Origin: Octopus sinensis
Lineage: Eukaryota
Assembly: GCF_006345805.1 (NCBI RefSeq)
Contig: NC_043015.1
Location: 44,206,001-44,270,000 of the forward strand
Direction: 5' to 3'
DNA length: 64,000 nucleotides
Shown here: positions 24,721 through 37,951 of the stretch, in pieces
Numbering within the stretch: the stretch's first letter is position 1
How the letters are laid out: each line of letters starts with the position of its first letter
Program-made: the position numbers and the translations under genes
Notes under the pieces: model-generated
Seen by the model: only the letters and a program-made list of their open reading frames with translations
The model's database searches: none
Told to the model about the DNA's origin: nothing

Positions 24721-25680
24721 GCGATAAAGAACGACAACAACACCCCCAATAGCAAAATTTATAAGGATGCCGATATTATCGTGTGTGTGTGTGTGTATGT
24801 ACGTGTGTATGTCTATTGTGTATGTGCATGTGAGTGTAAGAGAGAGGGCGGAGAGGGAAGGAGAGAAAGTGATTTGTCACTCCTCTCTTGAGGTCGTTGT
24901 TATTAATATAAATATTTGGATTTCGCATTGTCTTTCTAAATTCAATGTAAATACTGTTTTGGCACGGAAGCAGATCGTTACATGCAATAACCAAAGCATG
25001 ATTTACATCTCGGGGTAAATGCACTCAATTTAGATTTCGTGTATGAATGTTTGTGACAAAAAAAATAGCGAGGTCACTGCCTAAAATTTGAGTTCCCTTG
25101 CAATATTTGAAAAGCTATTTCCTTAATCCTTTGATACCAGCCCGCATGAAACTGCCTTTGGTTCTCTGATATAAATTTATTTTGTAAAATTATCGAAATT
25201 ATAACCTTCCATAAAGATTTTGCGCTAATTCATGTTCCAAAAATCCAGCTTATTAAGGATTAAGTTATTTTTATTAAATTCTATGTAATTTTCAATATCA
25301 ATTGAAATAATTGCAATTTCAACAGAAATATAATAACAAACAGATCCAGTATATTTCAAGATAAATATGATAACTTAAGACTTAAAAACATTTCTAGTTA
25401 TATTTCATGCTGATATTATGTGCTGTTTGAAACGTTATCTTATGATTTTAAGGAAGATTTCGTTGTTATTTCTTGTAATTTGGGTGTCTGCATTGTGTCT
25501 CCTCAGAGGACAATTTGCCGAAATGTTAAGAGTGTTAGTCTCGGAAAATCTGAAACCCATTTTAGTATCCTCTTACAGAGTTTCATGCGTTAAAAATTTC
25601 GAATAATAAAATTTTCGTGTATTTTTATTATCCATTATTTCTGTTGGAATAAACAAGAAAAAAGCAAACAAGTTGATACA

Positions 25681-25845
25681 AGATTCTTTCTCTCTCCTTG
25701 TTTTTTTCTGTGTCCCTTTCTGTAGAAGAGCGTAGGCTCGAAACGTAAATTACTTTTTATATTCCTGAGCGTTATACTAATACATATGTTTGTTTTGTAC
25801 ACCACCTGTCTTCATCTTTTTTTTTTTCGTAAACTCTCCCTATTA
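25681..25845 (+). mobile_element. Short element homologous to 9990-10235
   Basis: ctgtagaagagcgtaggctcgaaacgt...ttcctgagcgttatactaa. Confidence 0.7.
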
Positions 25846-26315
25846 TATGAGGGGAGACAATCATTCAAAGTTCATTGTTACGAAGACTATAATTGAACAG
25901 TGGAAGACAAGATTTCTCTTTCCTGATTTCGAGCTCTTTCTAAGCAAATTTCAGGAATGAAGGAGATATTTTAGTTTCCTTAGAACGTGATACAGGTATC
26001 CCATTTTACCACAGATTCATTCATCACTAATGCCTCGTTCAATTGTGAACCGTGTTACGCTTAACACGTACTGATCTTTGACAACACGGAACGGCGATCA
26101 GTCAAAGATTCCGTCTGGGTCGCACAATCACGTTCCAACCACAATCTATTATACTCAGAACAATTTCGGTTATCGGAACGAAACTTAATTTCCATTTGTT
26201 AAGTTATTCATTTACAGCTGATTCATTTAACACGGAGTGTTTTTATAAAGCAAGCACTCATGATAAAAAAGGATACGTCTATTGGTATAGATCCCTAACG
26301 CTGATGCATGCTTAC

Positions 26316-26354
26316 CTCTATCTATACAAATGGCGCAGTCAAGGTGTATATAGT
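26316..26354 (-). CDS. Speculative 39-nt exon (xYIHLDCAICIDRx)
   Basis: Pyrimidine-rich acceptor ccttccctcttggctgtatacag and GAG|gtaagc donor; one open frame; family not recognised. Confidence 0.22.
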
Positions 26355-27429
26355 CTGTATACAGCCAAGAGGGAAGGAGTATGTATGTGTACACTGCTTC
26401 CGATGTATCAGTGTATAGTATACGAACGTGTACATAAATATCATTATTCCCTTAAGTATAAACACCTTGGAACATTGTATGGAGAATCTGTTAAAGTGAC
26501 ATCATACGTTAAGAAAAAATGATGTTTGAAGACATGTTAATTTATTCAGGCCAGTTATGTAAATGGGAAACATATATTTCATCTATCTACTCTGCTAGCT
26601 GCAGAATTTCCCTGGGGTGGACAATAGGAAGAGAGTTATCTAGACCCGTGAATTTAATAAACGTTTGATTCGTATTTCTGAGATTGTTAGCAAATGCAAG
26701 AGGAAGATGAAGAAAGCCAGATTGTATAAAAGTCTTGAAGATAAAAAAAAAAAGCAAGAACCTATGCACTTGTTCGAATATATCAATGTATCGTTTTTGT
26801 ACGCGTAACGCCATTGCTTGCAAAGGGACATAACTGTTTGAACAAGATCTGCACAGGAGTTAATATTTTTTCTTTCAATTAATGTTACGCTAAGTGTAAA
26901 AAAATGTTTTATATGACACATTCTACCAGTGTCCGAAGTTTGAAAGTGCTTAGTTACAAAAAATTATTTTTTAAATCTTTCCCGTCAAAAGGTAAAGATC
27001 CGAGTATCATTCCATTTGAAATTAAACGATGACTGCATTCGTTGAAACACTCACCTGAACAACTTATTAAATGACACCGTACTCTGGTCATATGTCAAAA
27101 TATTACAACCTTAATCTCATTTTCATTTCTAATGTCGGGATAAAACAGGAATGTTATGCTTTCCATTTCATTCTTCATTCAAATGCAAACCATTTCTCCT
27201 TACAGAAGGAGAAAATAAGAAAAGAAAATTCGTGAAAGAAATTCCATAGATCTACTAAAAAAATCATTTATACTGTTAAATCTATTTCATCAACGACATG
27301 TTCATGATCAAGACTCCCTATACGTATACATCAAACACACACGCACACATACATACATCTACATAACAGCCCACTATTCTGCCTGTATATAAATATAAAC
27401 TGTGGATATGGGGGTATGATTAACCTACT

Positions 27430-27970
27430 ACGTATATTTCCTATATAGTGATGGGAATGTTTCATTTATGAGGACGTACTCCTGTATTTGTCTGAGGGTT
27501 GGGTCCTTTGGTGCTTGGATAAAATACGGATGTCAAGTTGACTCAAGTTGCCTCCATGTTGGTCCTTGGCGTATTGGTAGAGTGTGGAGGACAGTTTTTG
27601 TCGTCATATTCTCTCATATGTTCATTTAGTCTTTCCGCAACGCTCCTAGATGTCTCCCCAATGTACGTCATGTTCATGCCTTTACAAGCAACTTCTATGC
27701 ACCTTATGCTATAGACTGCATTCCTGGTTCTATAGTTAATGCTACATACCACGCAGTTGTCATTAGTGCATACGGTGTTCTCAATGGATACGTCTACATA
27801 GTTGTGATCTGATGGAGTTTCCTGGCTTTTCAATGATCTTAATGTGGGGTTCGGGCTCCTTCAGAGCTTTCCTAAATCTACGGGCTAGTTCTTCATGGGC
27901 TGTGGCCTCTACAAACGTCACTCCTTGATATTTGTTGGTTTTGTACCACGTGTTCACCCTTTTGCTTTGT
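27430..27970 (-). pseudogene. Penelope-like retroelement C-terminal region: linker, Cys motif and GIY-YIG endonuclease, frameshifted
   Basis: TWYKTNKYQGVTFVEATAHEELARRFRKALKEPEPHIKIIEKPGNSIRSQL; C.NDNCVVC; NAVYSIRC..C..YIGETSRSVAERLNEH; STLYQYAKDQHG..KDPTLRQIQEYVLINE. Confidence 0.85.
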
Positions 27971-28537
27971 TACAATCTCTTTGTATTCATTAATACAGGA
28001 GTGTGAAAAAGATCGGGGTGTGTGTATGTGTGTGTATGTGGAAGCGCATTTATGTATGGTAGCGTCTGTGTGGGAGTAACTGTGTCTGCATGCATGGTAG
28101 CATGTGTGCGTGTGATGATAAGTGTGTGTTGTGTGTGTGTGTATGCGGTATTAACTGTGCGTGTTTGTGTGAGCAATCTGTGTGCGTGTGTGTTAATGTC
28201 GCTCTGAGAGGTCAGCACCTATACTGACAGGTGTGCGAATAGGTGAGCGTGACCGTGTGTGTGAGTGTGTGTGTATGTGTGTGTGTTTTTGCATGTGTGC
28301 GTAGATTTAAGGGTCAATAGTAAGTCAGAGACAGTCTGAATGGTGTGTGAATGGGTGGGTATGACTTTGTGTGTTTGTCTTGGCATGTGTGCGTGGACAG
28401 TGTGGAAATGTGTGTATATGTATGTGGAATATTTTTAACAAATTTTTTTCATAGTATTTGTCTGTTTTTTTTTCTAGCGGTTATAAAAACACCTGTTGCA
28501 ATTTTCCTCCGATCCTCGACTACTCTAATGTAATACA

Positions 28538-28912
28538 TATTCCTTTACTGCCCACAAGGGGCTAAACACAGAGGGGACAAACAAGGACAGCCAAACGGAT
28601 AAAGTCTATTATATCGACCTCAGTGCGTAACTGGTACTTATTTAATCGACCTCGGCGGAATTTGAACTCAGAACGTAACGGCAGACAAAATACTTATTTC
28701 TTTACTACCCACAGGGGGCTAAACACAGAGGGGACAAACAAGGACAGACAAACGGATTAAGTCGATTATATCGACCCCAGTATGTAACCGGTACTTATTT
28801 AATCGACCCCGAAATTCGACCTTGGAGGAATTTGAACTCAGAACGTAACGGCAGACGAAATGCGGCTACGCATTTCGCCCGGCGTGCTAACGTTTCTGCC
28901 AGCTCGCCGCCT
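28538..28912 (-). mobile_element. SINE family A, two-unit copy with 18-bp TSD
   Basis: CTACTCTAATGTAATACA at 28520-28537 and 28918-28935. Confidence 0.93.
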
Positions 28913-29246
28913 TTACTCTACTCTAATGTAATACAATAATCAAGTCTACTCCGTACCTTACAACAAGAACTCTTAGTGTCTTACTCATAGAAGACTAAAT
29001 GTGCTGTCCGTAATATCTCCACTATGATCCTAGCTATAAACAATTACAATATTTCTTTAAGCGATTCACCACCAAGCTACAGCTGAACATGTTTACAATT
29101 TTATTTACTTTATATTTCTGAATAAAATCCATTGTAATTATATTCAAATAAATTGTTCTGTTCAGAAAACAAACAAACTCAAAATCAAAACAAAGCAGGC
29201 ATGTCATTCGAAACACACATTTCTTTGGGTTTCAGCCAGTACTTAC

Positions 29247-29299
29247 CGTTTTCCTAAACCTTTCCTCGGGCATTGTAGAAAATCTCAGCCTACCATCAT
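29247..29299 (-). CDS. Speculative 53-nt exon (xDGRLRFSTMPEERFRKT)
   Basis: ttgatag acceptor, consensus ACG|gtaagt donor, one open frame; family not recognised. Confidence 0.22.
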
Positions 29300-29674
29300 C
29301 TATCAAGTTATTATATTTTTAGAAATAAATGATTTATTTTATCTTCTATTATTTTATAATATTCCATGTTGGTTTAATTTTCGATTATACATTATTTTAT
29401 ATGTATTTATTTATTTATTTATATATTTATTAGTTTTAATATCAGATAAATCATACAATCGCGTTTTTAAATATCCGAAAACATGTTTTCTTAGTATCCA
29501 TATTGTAACATTTTTGGTCGGTAACCAAATCAGAAAAAGCAAATACATAATAGAAAGAAGAAACTATTTGATAACTATGTTTACCTAAACTCTTATTTCG
29601 AATTTCGTTCGAATCTGCGAGGTTTCTTTTACTCTCTGCCATCTTGCAAGTGAACAATCATAAAGTAACCAGTG

Positions 29675-29980
29675 TGAAGGCACGTGGCCTAGTGGCTAAA
29701 GCAGCGGACTTGCGGTCGAGGGATCGTGGGTTCGAATCTCAGACCGGGTGATATGTGTGTTTATGAGCGAAACACCCTAAGCTCCACGGGACTCCGGCAG
29801 ATGGTAAAGGCGAGCTTCTGCTGACTCTTTTGCCACAACTTTCTCTCACTCTTTCCTCCTGCATCTTGCAGCTCACCTTCGACGGACCGGCGTCCTTGTC
29901 CAGGTGCACAACCTATACGCAAAGGAACCGGGAAACCGGCCCTTATGAGCTCGGCGTGGCTCGAGAAGGAACAAACAATA
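29675..29980 (+). mobile_element. SINE family C variant with alternative 3' tail, 9-bp TSD
   Basis: C-type head and core; tail ...ggaaaccggcccttatgagc..ggctcgagaaggaac; TAACCAGTG at 29666-29674 and 29981-29989. Confidence 0.88.
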
Positions 29981-30354
29981 TAACCAGTGGTCAATATGTA
30001 AACAATGAAAAGGCGGTATACTTAGAGCGTGGAAAAAATTACGATTGGTAAATTTTCCAGTTCTTCATGGTCTGAGTTCAAATATCAGCGAATCCATCAT
30101 TGGCTTTTTAACTTTCTGAGACCAATAAAAAAACTGTATCAGTCCAGTGTAGTACATAAGTGAAATTTTAGAATGCTGGCGAAAAGAATTGCGATAATTA
30201 TTCCACCTATTTACGCTGTTTATTTATTCCCACTATTGACTATCAGTTCATGCTGTGTAGCGATCTGCGCTTTAAGATAGCTTCTTGTCAAAAGAGCAAC
30301 AGAAAGCTACTTTCGTGTTCCGCTACGAAAACCCTAACAAATATACGGAACTTC

Positions 30355-30808
30355 GGATCTTTTCGGTTTGAACGGCAGTTTTTTAAAATAATTTCCACGT
30401 AACTAAACACTTTTAAACTTCGTATACTTGTAGAATGTGTTTATAAAACATCTTTTTCTCTTGGCTTTATTGAGAAAATTCTATAGCTTGTAAGATATTT
30501 GTTGTTGTTTTTCTTCAATTTCTGCAATTTCAACCAATCAATGACGTCTATTTGAGGTGAAAACATTCTGTGCCGTATGAATATGTCCCTCGTTTAAGAA
30601 ACAGATTGGGTTTATTTACATTTCTGAAGAAAAAAAGATACCCTTCCCCACCCCGAACCCTAACCCTAACCGTAGCTGTAACCCTAACTAACCCTAACTA
30701 ACCCTAAAACAGATTGAAATGCAATAGATCGATACTAGGGTCATAATTATGGGTGACAATTTCATATGACATCGCTAGAAATAACTGCCGTTCAAACAGA
30801 AAAGATCC
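30355..30808. mobile_element. MITE, GGATCT..AGATCC termini, 8-bp TSD, internal CCCTAA repeats
   Basis: ~26-bp TIR; GGAACTTC at 30347-30354 and 30809-30816; (CCCTAA)-like array at 30657-30707. Confidence 0.88.
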
Positions 30809-32239
30809 GGAACTTCAAGTAAGTCACTTTAAATATATGTTAAAAATAATTTCCTGTATATTACAGTAACAAACTACAAAAGGAAACATAAAGACGGTCT
30901 ATAAACTCAATTGAAAACATATAAAATGAAAAAGAGAGAAAAGAGGAAAATAAAACCGTAGTCCTATAGGAATTTACTATTAACAGACATTCAAACTATT
31001 CCAGGGAAACTACTTCAGTTACTAGAAGGCGCTCATACGAGGAAATATTGACACCTCATAACATTAATTTAAAGGGAATTAACTGTTTTTGTATAATATA
31101 AAATAGCCAAAATAGTTCTCTTAATATGAAATTGCTTGTTTCAATACACAGTCTCACATAAAGTTAATCGCTGCAGAGATACAAATATCTGAAGCTAGGT
31201 ATTTAAAAATGTGTTGGTTAAACGCATCCTCTGTGCAATCTAATAATGGCTTCTTCCATTTTCCTCAGCCGTCGTCTGTTTATCGCCTCGTAATTCAAAT
31301 ATCTACCTCTTGACAGAAATGTATGCTTTTAAATCGTTTTCAATTCCCCATGTTAGTTAGCTATTATCACAATATATTAAATTTAAAGAATGAAAAGTGG
31401 GTTGTAATCTTATTAGATTCTCAGACACTTATTCCCTGAAAGTTTAATACTCTAGTTTTATAGTTCGGTAATGGAAGGTGAAATGTACGTTTGTAGGAAA
31501 CCTAATGTACAATTAATTCTTGATACAAATGTATGTTTTTGATCGTAATCGTATAACTACTTGAAATTGTAAAGGCTGTGTGAAAAACAACTGTTATTCA
31601 AAGTTAAAACACACAACAGATTACATACATACATGCATGCATGCTTACATACATAGATGCATGCGTACATACATACATATATACATACAACGTACCAAGT
31701 TAAAACACAATCAGCTAGATATATTTGAGTGGGACTTCAAGGAAAGGATATGTTCTGTTGTGGAAATCAGCTGCCCTCTGGGCGCCATTATGGTTTGGGC
31801 TTGGAAAATACGAGAGAAAGAGGACATCTATGAGCCATTGATAACGAGCCTGCAAAACCGAGTATCCAAGATACACTTTCAGCTTCGTACCTATTATCAT
31901 TAGAGCAACAGGGTACATAAAAACGTGTCTGGAGCAAAACATAGCTGAACTTGGGATCTTGGGGAATGAATGCAAATCATTAATTTATAAGGTACAAATG
32001 ATCACGATATCTGAGACTATCAAAATCTACAAGACCTTCTTAAGGTTTACAGGATGATAGTTAACATAAGATGCTTTCCTTCACAACTTGGTACCAAGTA
32101 TATATCCGGTTAAAAGAGACCAACACAAGCATACGTACATATATACATTCATACACACATATATAAATACATACACACATACATATATATATTAATATAT
32201 ATACCTATATACATACATAAATATGGGGAGGCTAAAAAG

Positions 32240-32460
32240 ATTAAATATTAACTCCCCTGAGCAAAGACGCGAGAGCTATGTAATAATCTATATATGAAAA
32301 ATTTTGGAAGGGTTAGTACCTAATTTCGGCATTAAGTGGTGTACAAATGTCAGAAGTGGAAGCCTTTGTGTCGTACCAAATGTGCCATTCATGCTATCTA
32401 AAATCAGAACCAAGTATTGCAAGAGCCTGTGGGTCTTTGAACCACAGGTCCGTCAAGAAA
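32240..32460 (+). mobile_element. Old CR1/L2-group LINE fragment
   Basis: RRESYVIIYI*KILEGLVPNFGI..NVRSGSLCVVP, same family as 32516-33509. Confidence 0.75.
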
Positions 32461-32515
32461 TTAAGAAACGTACACAATGTGGACGTCTTAAAAAAGAACT
32501 GGTCATACGCTTTTT

Positions 32516-33509
32516 TGATTGATTGATTGATTGATTCTAGTTTCAGCTCACGAGCTGTGGCCATGCTGGGGCACCGCCATTTGGTGTTGCTACATGGTTT
32601 TACTTCACGAATGCTTTTTAGCAACTGCCATTTGGTGCATGAGAGAGTTCGATGCAGCTGCCCTCATCTGCACCTCCTACCGTGAAGTTGGTTCATCTGG
32701 GATACCTGACAAGAAGAGATCCAGTTTCATTTTAAAGACATCTGCATCCACCCCATGCAGGTCTCTTAGGTTCGTCGGGAGGATATTGAAGAGCTGTGGG
32801 CCTCGGAAGCTCAGGCTATCACAGTATCTTGTCCTACATCTTGATGGCAAATTTGGAGTCCTTGGCACCACGCAGTGGCGCCCAGTTCTGGCATTTGTGT
32901 AACTCTCGATGCCAAAGTTTGGGACAAGTCCTTCCAGGATCTTCCAGATGTATATTATGGCATATCTTTCTCGCCTACGCTCCAAGGAATAGAGTTTTAA
33001 TCTCTTGAGTCTTTCCCAGTAGCTTATATTCTGCACAGAGGCTATCTTCTTCGTGTAGCTACATTGGATCGCCTCAAGTTCTGTGATCAACTTGACACTG
33101 GATGGTGACCATAGCTGAGAGCAATAGTCAAAGTGGCTTAGGACAAGTGTCCTCCAGAGGACCATCATGGTTTCTTGTTCTCTTGTTCTAAAGGTTCTAA
33201 GAATCCATCCGGCCAGTCGTCTACATTTCATTGCCAATTTAGTAACATGTACACGAAAGGTTGCGTCATCACTCATGTAAATACCCAGCTCACGCACTGA
33301 TTGTGCCTCTGGGATTGCAATTCCTCCGGGTCCAGTGTATTCATTGGGTATTGCATTTAGTTTTGCATGCTGATAGCATAAAGCTTGAAACTTTTCAGCA
33401 TTGAACTGCATGCTATTCTTTTCAGCCCACTTGTATATTTTGTCCAGCTCACATTGCAGGCGTTTAGTGTCCTCAGGGTTCTGTATTGCCTGTGAAACTT
33501 TTGTATCGC
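32516..33509 (-). mobile_element. 5'-truncated CR1/L2-group LINE with uninterrupted RT C-terminal frame, 3' UTR and (AATC)n tail
   Basis: Open frame from DTKVSQAIQNPEDTKRLQCELDKIYKWAEKNSMQFN through ORF 32677-33411 (FDYCSQLWSP, LERRRERY); 3' stem-loop and tetranucleotide tail. Confidence 0.95.
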
Positions 33510-33519
33510 TTAACCACGA

Positions 33520-33775
33520 TATCAGACGAAAGGCTGTCTGGCATGAACAAAAGTCTTTGGCAACGAGTTAAACTCCCTCCTACATCAAATGGTCCAAGAA
33601 CTAGGATAAAAAAAAAACATGTAGGACTGGTGTGATGGAATCCATCTACCCTGAGGAAATCAGCTAAATGTGGAAGCTTAAAAAGACAGAACGTACTACG
33701 GTAGTGGTCCAACCTAGCCGCAGCCGAACGACTGAAAGGAATAAAGGAATAAAGGAATAAAGGAAATAAAAGAAA
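33520..33775 (+). mobile_element. Diverged LINE-like 3' end with (AAAGGAAT)n tail
   Basis: gtggtccaacctagccgCAGCCgaacGACTGaaag resembles the shared 3' motif; tandem 8-mer tail. Confidence 0.55.
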
Positions 33776-33880
33776 TCTACATGCATATATATGTACATTT
33801 ATACACACACACACACACACACACGCACGCACACATATATATATAAGGAGCAAATATTTAGGAATGAACATTTATATAGA

Positions 33881-33940
<60 letters not shown>

Positions 33941-34182
33941 CCAGGGTAATATAAATAATTGATAGTAACAACAATAATACGAGTTGGTGCAGGCCTAAAA
34001 TAGCTTTATATAGCTACAGAATTAAAATTTATATCAATCATAAGGGCTAAAAAGAAGAGTTAAAACCCTCATTTAAACCACCAATAACAACACTGGAAAT
34101 TACAATAGAAAATCAACAGTAGTCGGGCGAACGGGCCACGAAAAGAAAAAAATCTTTCACATACCTATGAGGCCCAATGGTG

Positions 34183-34228
<46 letters not shown>

Positions 34229-34807
34229 GTGTATGTATGTATGTATATATATATATCTTAGTATTTGGATGCACGCAGAGCGGTTTCTAGTTTGACATAC
34301 AGTCTTACCTTCCTCAGCACGTATTACCGGTTGAAAATTCTTAAGTGAGGGTTTTAACTCTTATTTCTAGAAGGCAAGCACATTTGTGTCCCTTATGATG
34401 GATATATATGAGTGTGTATGTGTGAGTGTTTATGTGTATATATATATTCAGATATGTATATATGTGTGTTTACACAGACACACACACACGCAGGTAGATT
34501 CATAAGGGCACATAAGAATTAACTTGTGCTGAGATATTAGTGGATTCTTTACAGGATAGCTATGATTTAGGTTGTCCTACACATTGCAGAGTTTCGAAAT
34601 GATACACATAGTTACGTCTACGCATAGTAAATTCGTATACAACTCTCTCTGTATTTTTCTCACTCTCAATTACATTGCTCAGAATAAGGATTCCATACAT
34701 ATATGCGTACATGTATACATACAGAGACACATGCATGAACAAACACATTCTTACAAACACATACGTACGCACATACATTCAGACCCATATATTGATAGAT
34801 TGACATA

Positions 34808-34808
34808 C

Positions 34809-34875
<67 letters not shown>

Positions 34876-34908
34876 CAGATAGATAGATAGATAGATAGAA
34901 AGATAGAC

Positions 34909-34983
<75 letters not shown>

Positions 34984-35000
34984 CAGATAGATAGATACGA
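34808..35000. repeat. (GATA)n microsatellite
   Basis: Direct observation. Confidence 0.97.
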
Positions 35001-35669
35001 TATTTAAAGATTTTTACTTAATTCTTAGCGAGCAGGTACGAATGTTAATGTTCAAAATTATAATTGTATTGGCGACCTTAAATTGGAAAATTTTCTACTG
35101 ACTCGCTTCGCAAGCTTCCAGCAAAGGAAAATACATTTCCTTCATTCGCTTCAATTTTCCAGTTGATTTTACAGAAGAAAATACAATTAATGTAGGATAT
35201 ACTGTAGTTTACGAATGACAGTGTTAGTGTGTGTATGCGTGTATGTATTTGTAATGAAGGAAGTACAAAGAAACTATAAGGACCTTTGGCAGTATAAAGT
35301 TTTGCCTGGGAGAAAAGCTCTTAGCTTGTAGGTTGTAGGAAGAGAACATTGCGTATTCTCCACGATTTTTATATGTGCAGATACACACACACACAGCCAC
35401 GCTCATACAGACACACAGCCACGCTCATACAGACACACATACCCACATAAACCTAAACATTTGTTCACAGATGCTCATGCTACGGTGTACACGCACATGT
35501 TTTATTTTGTAACGCGTGATGCCCAAGAGCATGTATTTCGCCCTCGGTAATCTAAAACTAAAACTAATTATGTATGTGGATTGCGCTTTCATGCTTGAAC
35601 TCTTCTAAAAAAGAATATTAAACTCACGTAATCTTACTAATTTTTAATAATATAATTATTTTATACAGT

Positions 35670-36140
35670 TATAATAATAATAATGAAATTATTGTATACA
35701 GTGGTCAGGTGCACCACAACTTTTCAGAAAGTGCGTATAGAGTATATGCAATAATGTACAAATGTCTGGAAAGCGAACAGTGTATATGAGTCAGATACAT
35801 GCTTGTGTGTGTATGGAGGGGAGAAAATCAGGTGTAGTGTTGGCGAATCTCAGGAAGCATGGACGTTTTGTAGGATGCAGTGCTCCGACAACTAACTACT
35901 GATGCCGGCAGTTTGTTCCATGCTTCAGCAACTCCCAGCGTGAAAAAATGTTTCCTAAAGTCATGGGAGCTGTGCTGTTTTCTGACTTTGTAAACATGTC
36001 CACGGGTGTTAGACGGGTGGAGTTTGAAAAGGTGCTCAGAGTTATTGTTTGTAAGATGGTTGATAATTTTATGGGTGTCTGCCAAGTCAGCTGCCAGACG
36101 TCGGAGTTTCAATGTGTCCCTGCCCAGGGAAGTAAGGCGT
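35670..36140 (-). mobile_element. CR1 LINE extreme 3' end
   Basis: RRLAADLADTHKIINHL..NTRGHVYKVRKQHSSHDFRKHFFTL.VAEAWNKLP, typical CR1 ORF2 C-terminus; (ATT)n tail. Confidence 0.88.
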
Positions 36141-36519
36141 TCAGTTAATTACTAAGCTCAGAATTATGCTCCGATCTAATAAATTTTTGTGAAATTTCAT
36201 CGCACATCCATACTATCATGCTGTAGAACAATTTCCCAGTTTTGCCATTTATTATAAAATGTCAGTGTATTTACTTTCATTTCTCACAATGTCTAGACTG
36301 CCAAATACACACATTTTGGTTGCATATTGACATTTTGAAATAATAGAATACAAGAATATTTATCGACCAGCATTTATTCAATTAACAGTATCATAAATTA
36401 GATCCGACACTGGAATGTAGACTTAAGGAAATAGTTTCCACTTAATGTAATGATATATGTAGAATGGCCTGATGTTAGAAAATATGAAGATGGATGTCTT
36501 TACTTCATATTGAAACCTC

Positions 36520-36922
36520 AGAAACGTGGCTGTGTGGTAAAGGCGCTTGTTTCACAAACACATGGTTCCGGGTTCAATCCGACTTGGGTAAGTGTTTTCT
36601 TCCATTGCCTCGGGCCGAACAAAGCCTAGTTAGTGGATTTGGTAGACAGAAACTGAAAGAAGCTCGTCGTAAATATATACATACACACACACACATATAT
36701 ATATATATGTATATATATGTATGTATGTATGTATGTATACATTTGTGTGTCTGTGTTTGTTCACCCACCATCGCTAGACAACATATGCTGCTGTGTTTAC
36801 GTCCTCCTAACTTAGCGGTTCGGCAAAAGAGACCGATAGAATGAGTACTAGGCTCACAAAGAATAAGTCTTCGGTTAAAGGCGCTGCTCCATCATGGCCG
36901 CAATCAAATGACTGAAACCTAG
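36520..36922 (+). mobile_element. SINE family B, full length
   Basis: GTGGCTGTGTGGTAA head, GGTTCAATCC box, internal microsatellite, 3' CATGGCCGCAATCAAATGACTGAAAC. Confidence 0.88.
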
Positions 36923-37545
36923 AAAAATCCTCAATTTGCATGATACCCTTAATATACGGATTAGAATTATTAGGCATTGATGTATGCAAAAATGAACTTG
37001 ATACCAGTTCAAAAATGCTTCACATATTCGAATCCGTAAGAAAAATATTCATTGCATTTTTGTCGTGGAGAAAAATTATCGCTGTAGTCTTTTCCTCTGT
37101 GACATAATGCTGTGAAAGGCTCTCAGGCGGGTTCGAATATGTCTCAAGCCAGTTCGGCCTGATAATTCGTTTATATTGGGGACTATTAATGTTATGACCA
37201 ACATAGTAAATTCTAATTCATGTATTGTCACCGTTTGAAAATCAACTAATCAGATTAGATTTTAGTTTAGGGGTTAATCAGAAACCTTAAATGACATCAG
37301 CGAATGTAAAGCTGTGGCTTTCTCTAAACACCTGAACTACTAACTATAAATCAAGCAGAACAACGCAAGACATTTTAAATTCTAGCGATCTCTTCATTAT
37401 TTGACATTAATAATTGGACAAAATAGCAAGCACTTAAAGTAATTACCATCCCAATTTTGAATCGAATAAGAAATTGTCATGTAAAACTGGTGTACAATAA
37501 AGAGAATCTGATGCAAATTACAATTCTAGACAGAAAAGTGTAACT

Positions 37546-37951
37546 GGGAAGCACTCCGTCGGTTACGACGACGAGGGTTACGGTTGATCCGAATCAACGG
37601 AACAGCCTGCTCGTGAAATTAACGTGTAAGTGGCTGAGCACTCCACAGACACGTGTACCCTTAACGTAGTTCTCGGGGATATTCAGCGTAACACAGAGAG
37701 TGACAAGGCCGGCCCTTTGAAATACAGCCGGCTCTTTGAAATACAGGTACAACAGAAACAGGAAGTAAGAGCGAGAGAAAGTTGTGGTGAAAGAGTACAA
37801 CAGGGGTCGCCACCACCTCCTGCCGGAGCCTCGTGGAGATTTAGGTGTTTTCGCTCAATAGACACACACACGCAACGCCCGGTCTGGGAATCGAAACCGC
37901 GATCCTATGACCGCGAGTTCGCTGCCCTAACCACTGGGCCATTGCGCCTCC
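37546..37951 (-). mobile_element. SINE family C with 9-bp TSD and a small internal duplication
   Basis: AGTGTAACT at 37537-37545 and 37952-37960. Confidence 0.93.

Noticed and set aside
31580-31975. Overlapping 107-aa and 86-aa ORFs next to the LINE cluster
   Set aside because: Possibly an old retroelement fragment, but no motif could be identified with confidence.
34265-34325. CTGAGGA...GAAAC hammerhead-like match on the minus strand
   Set aside because: No stem I complementarity or NUH triplet; chance match.
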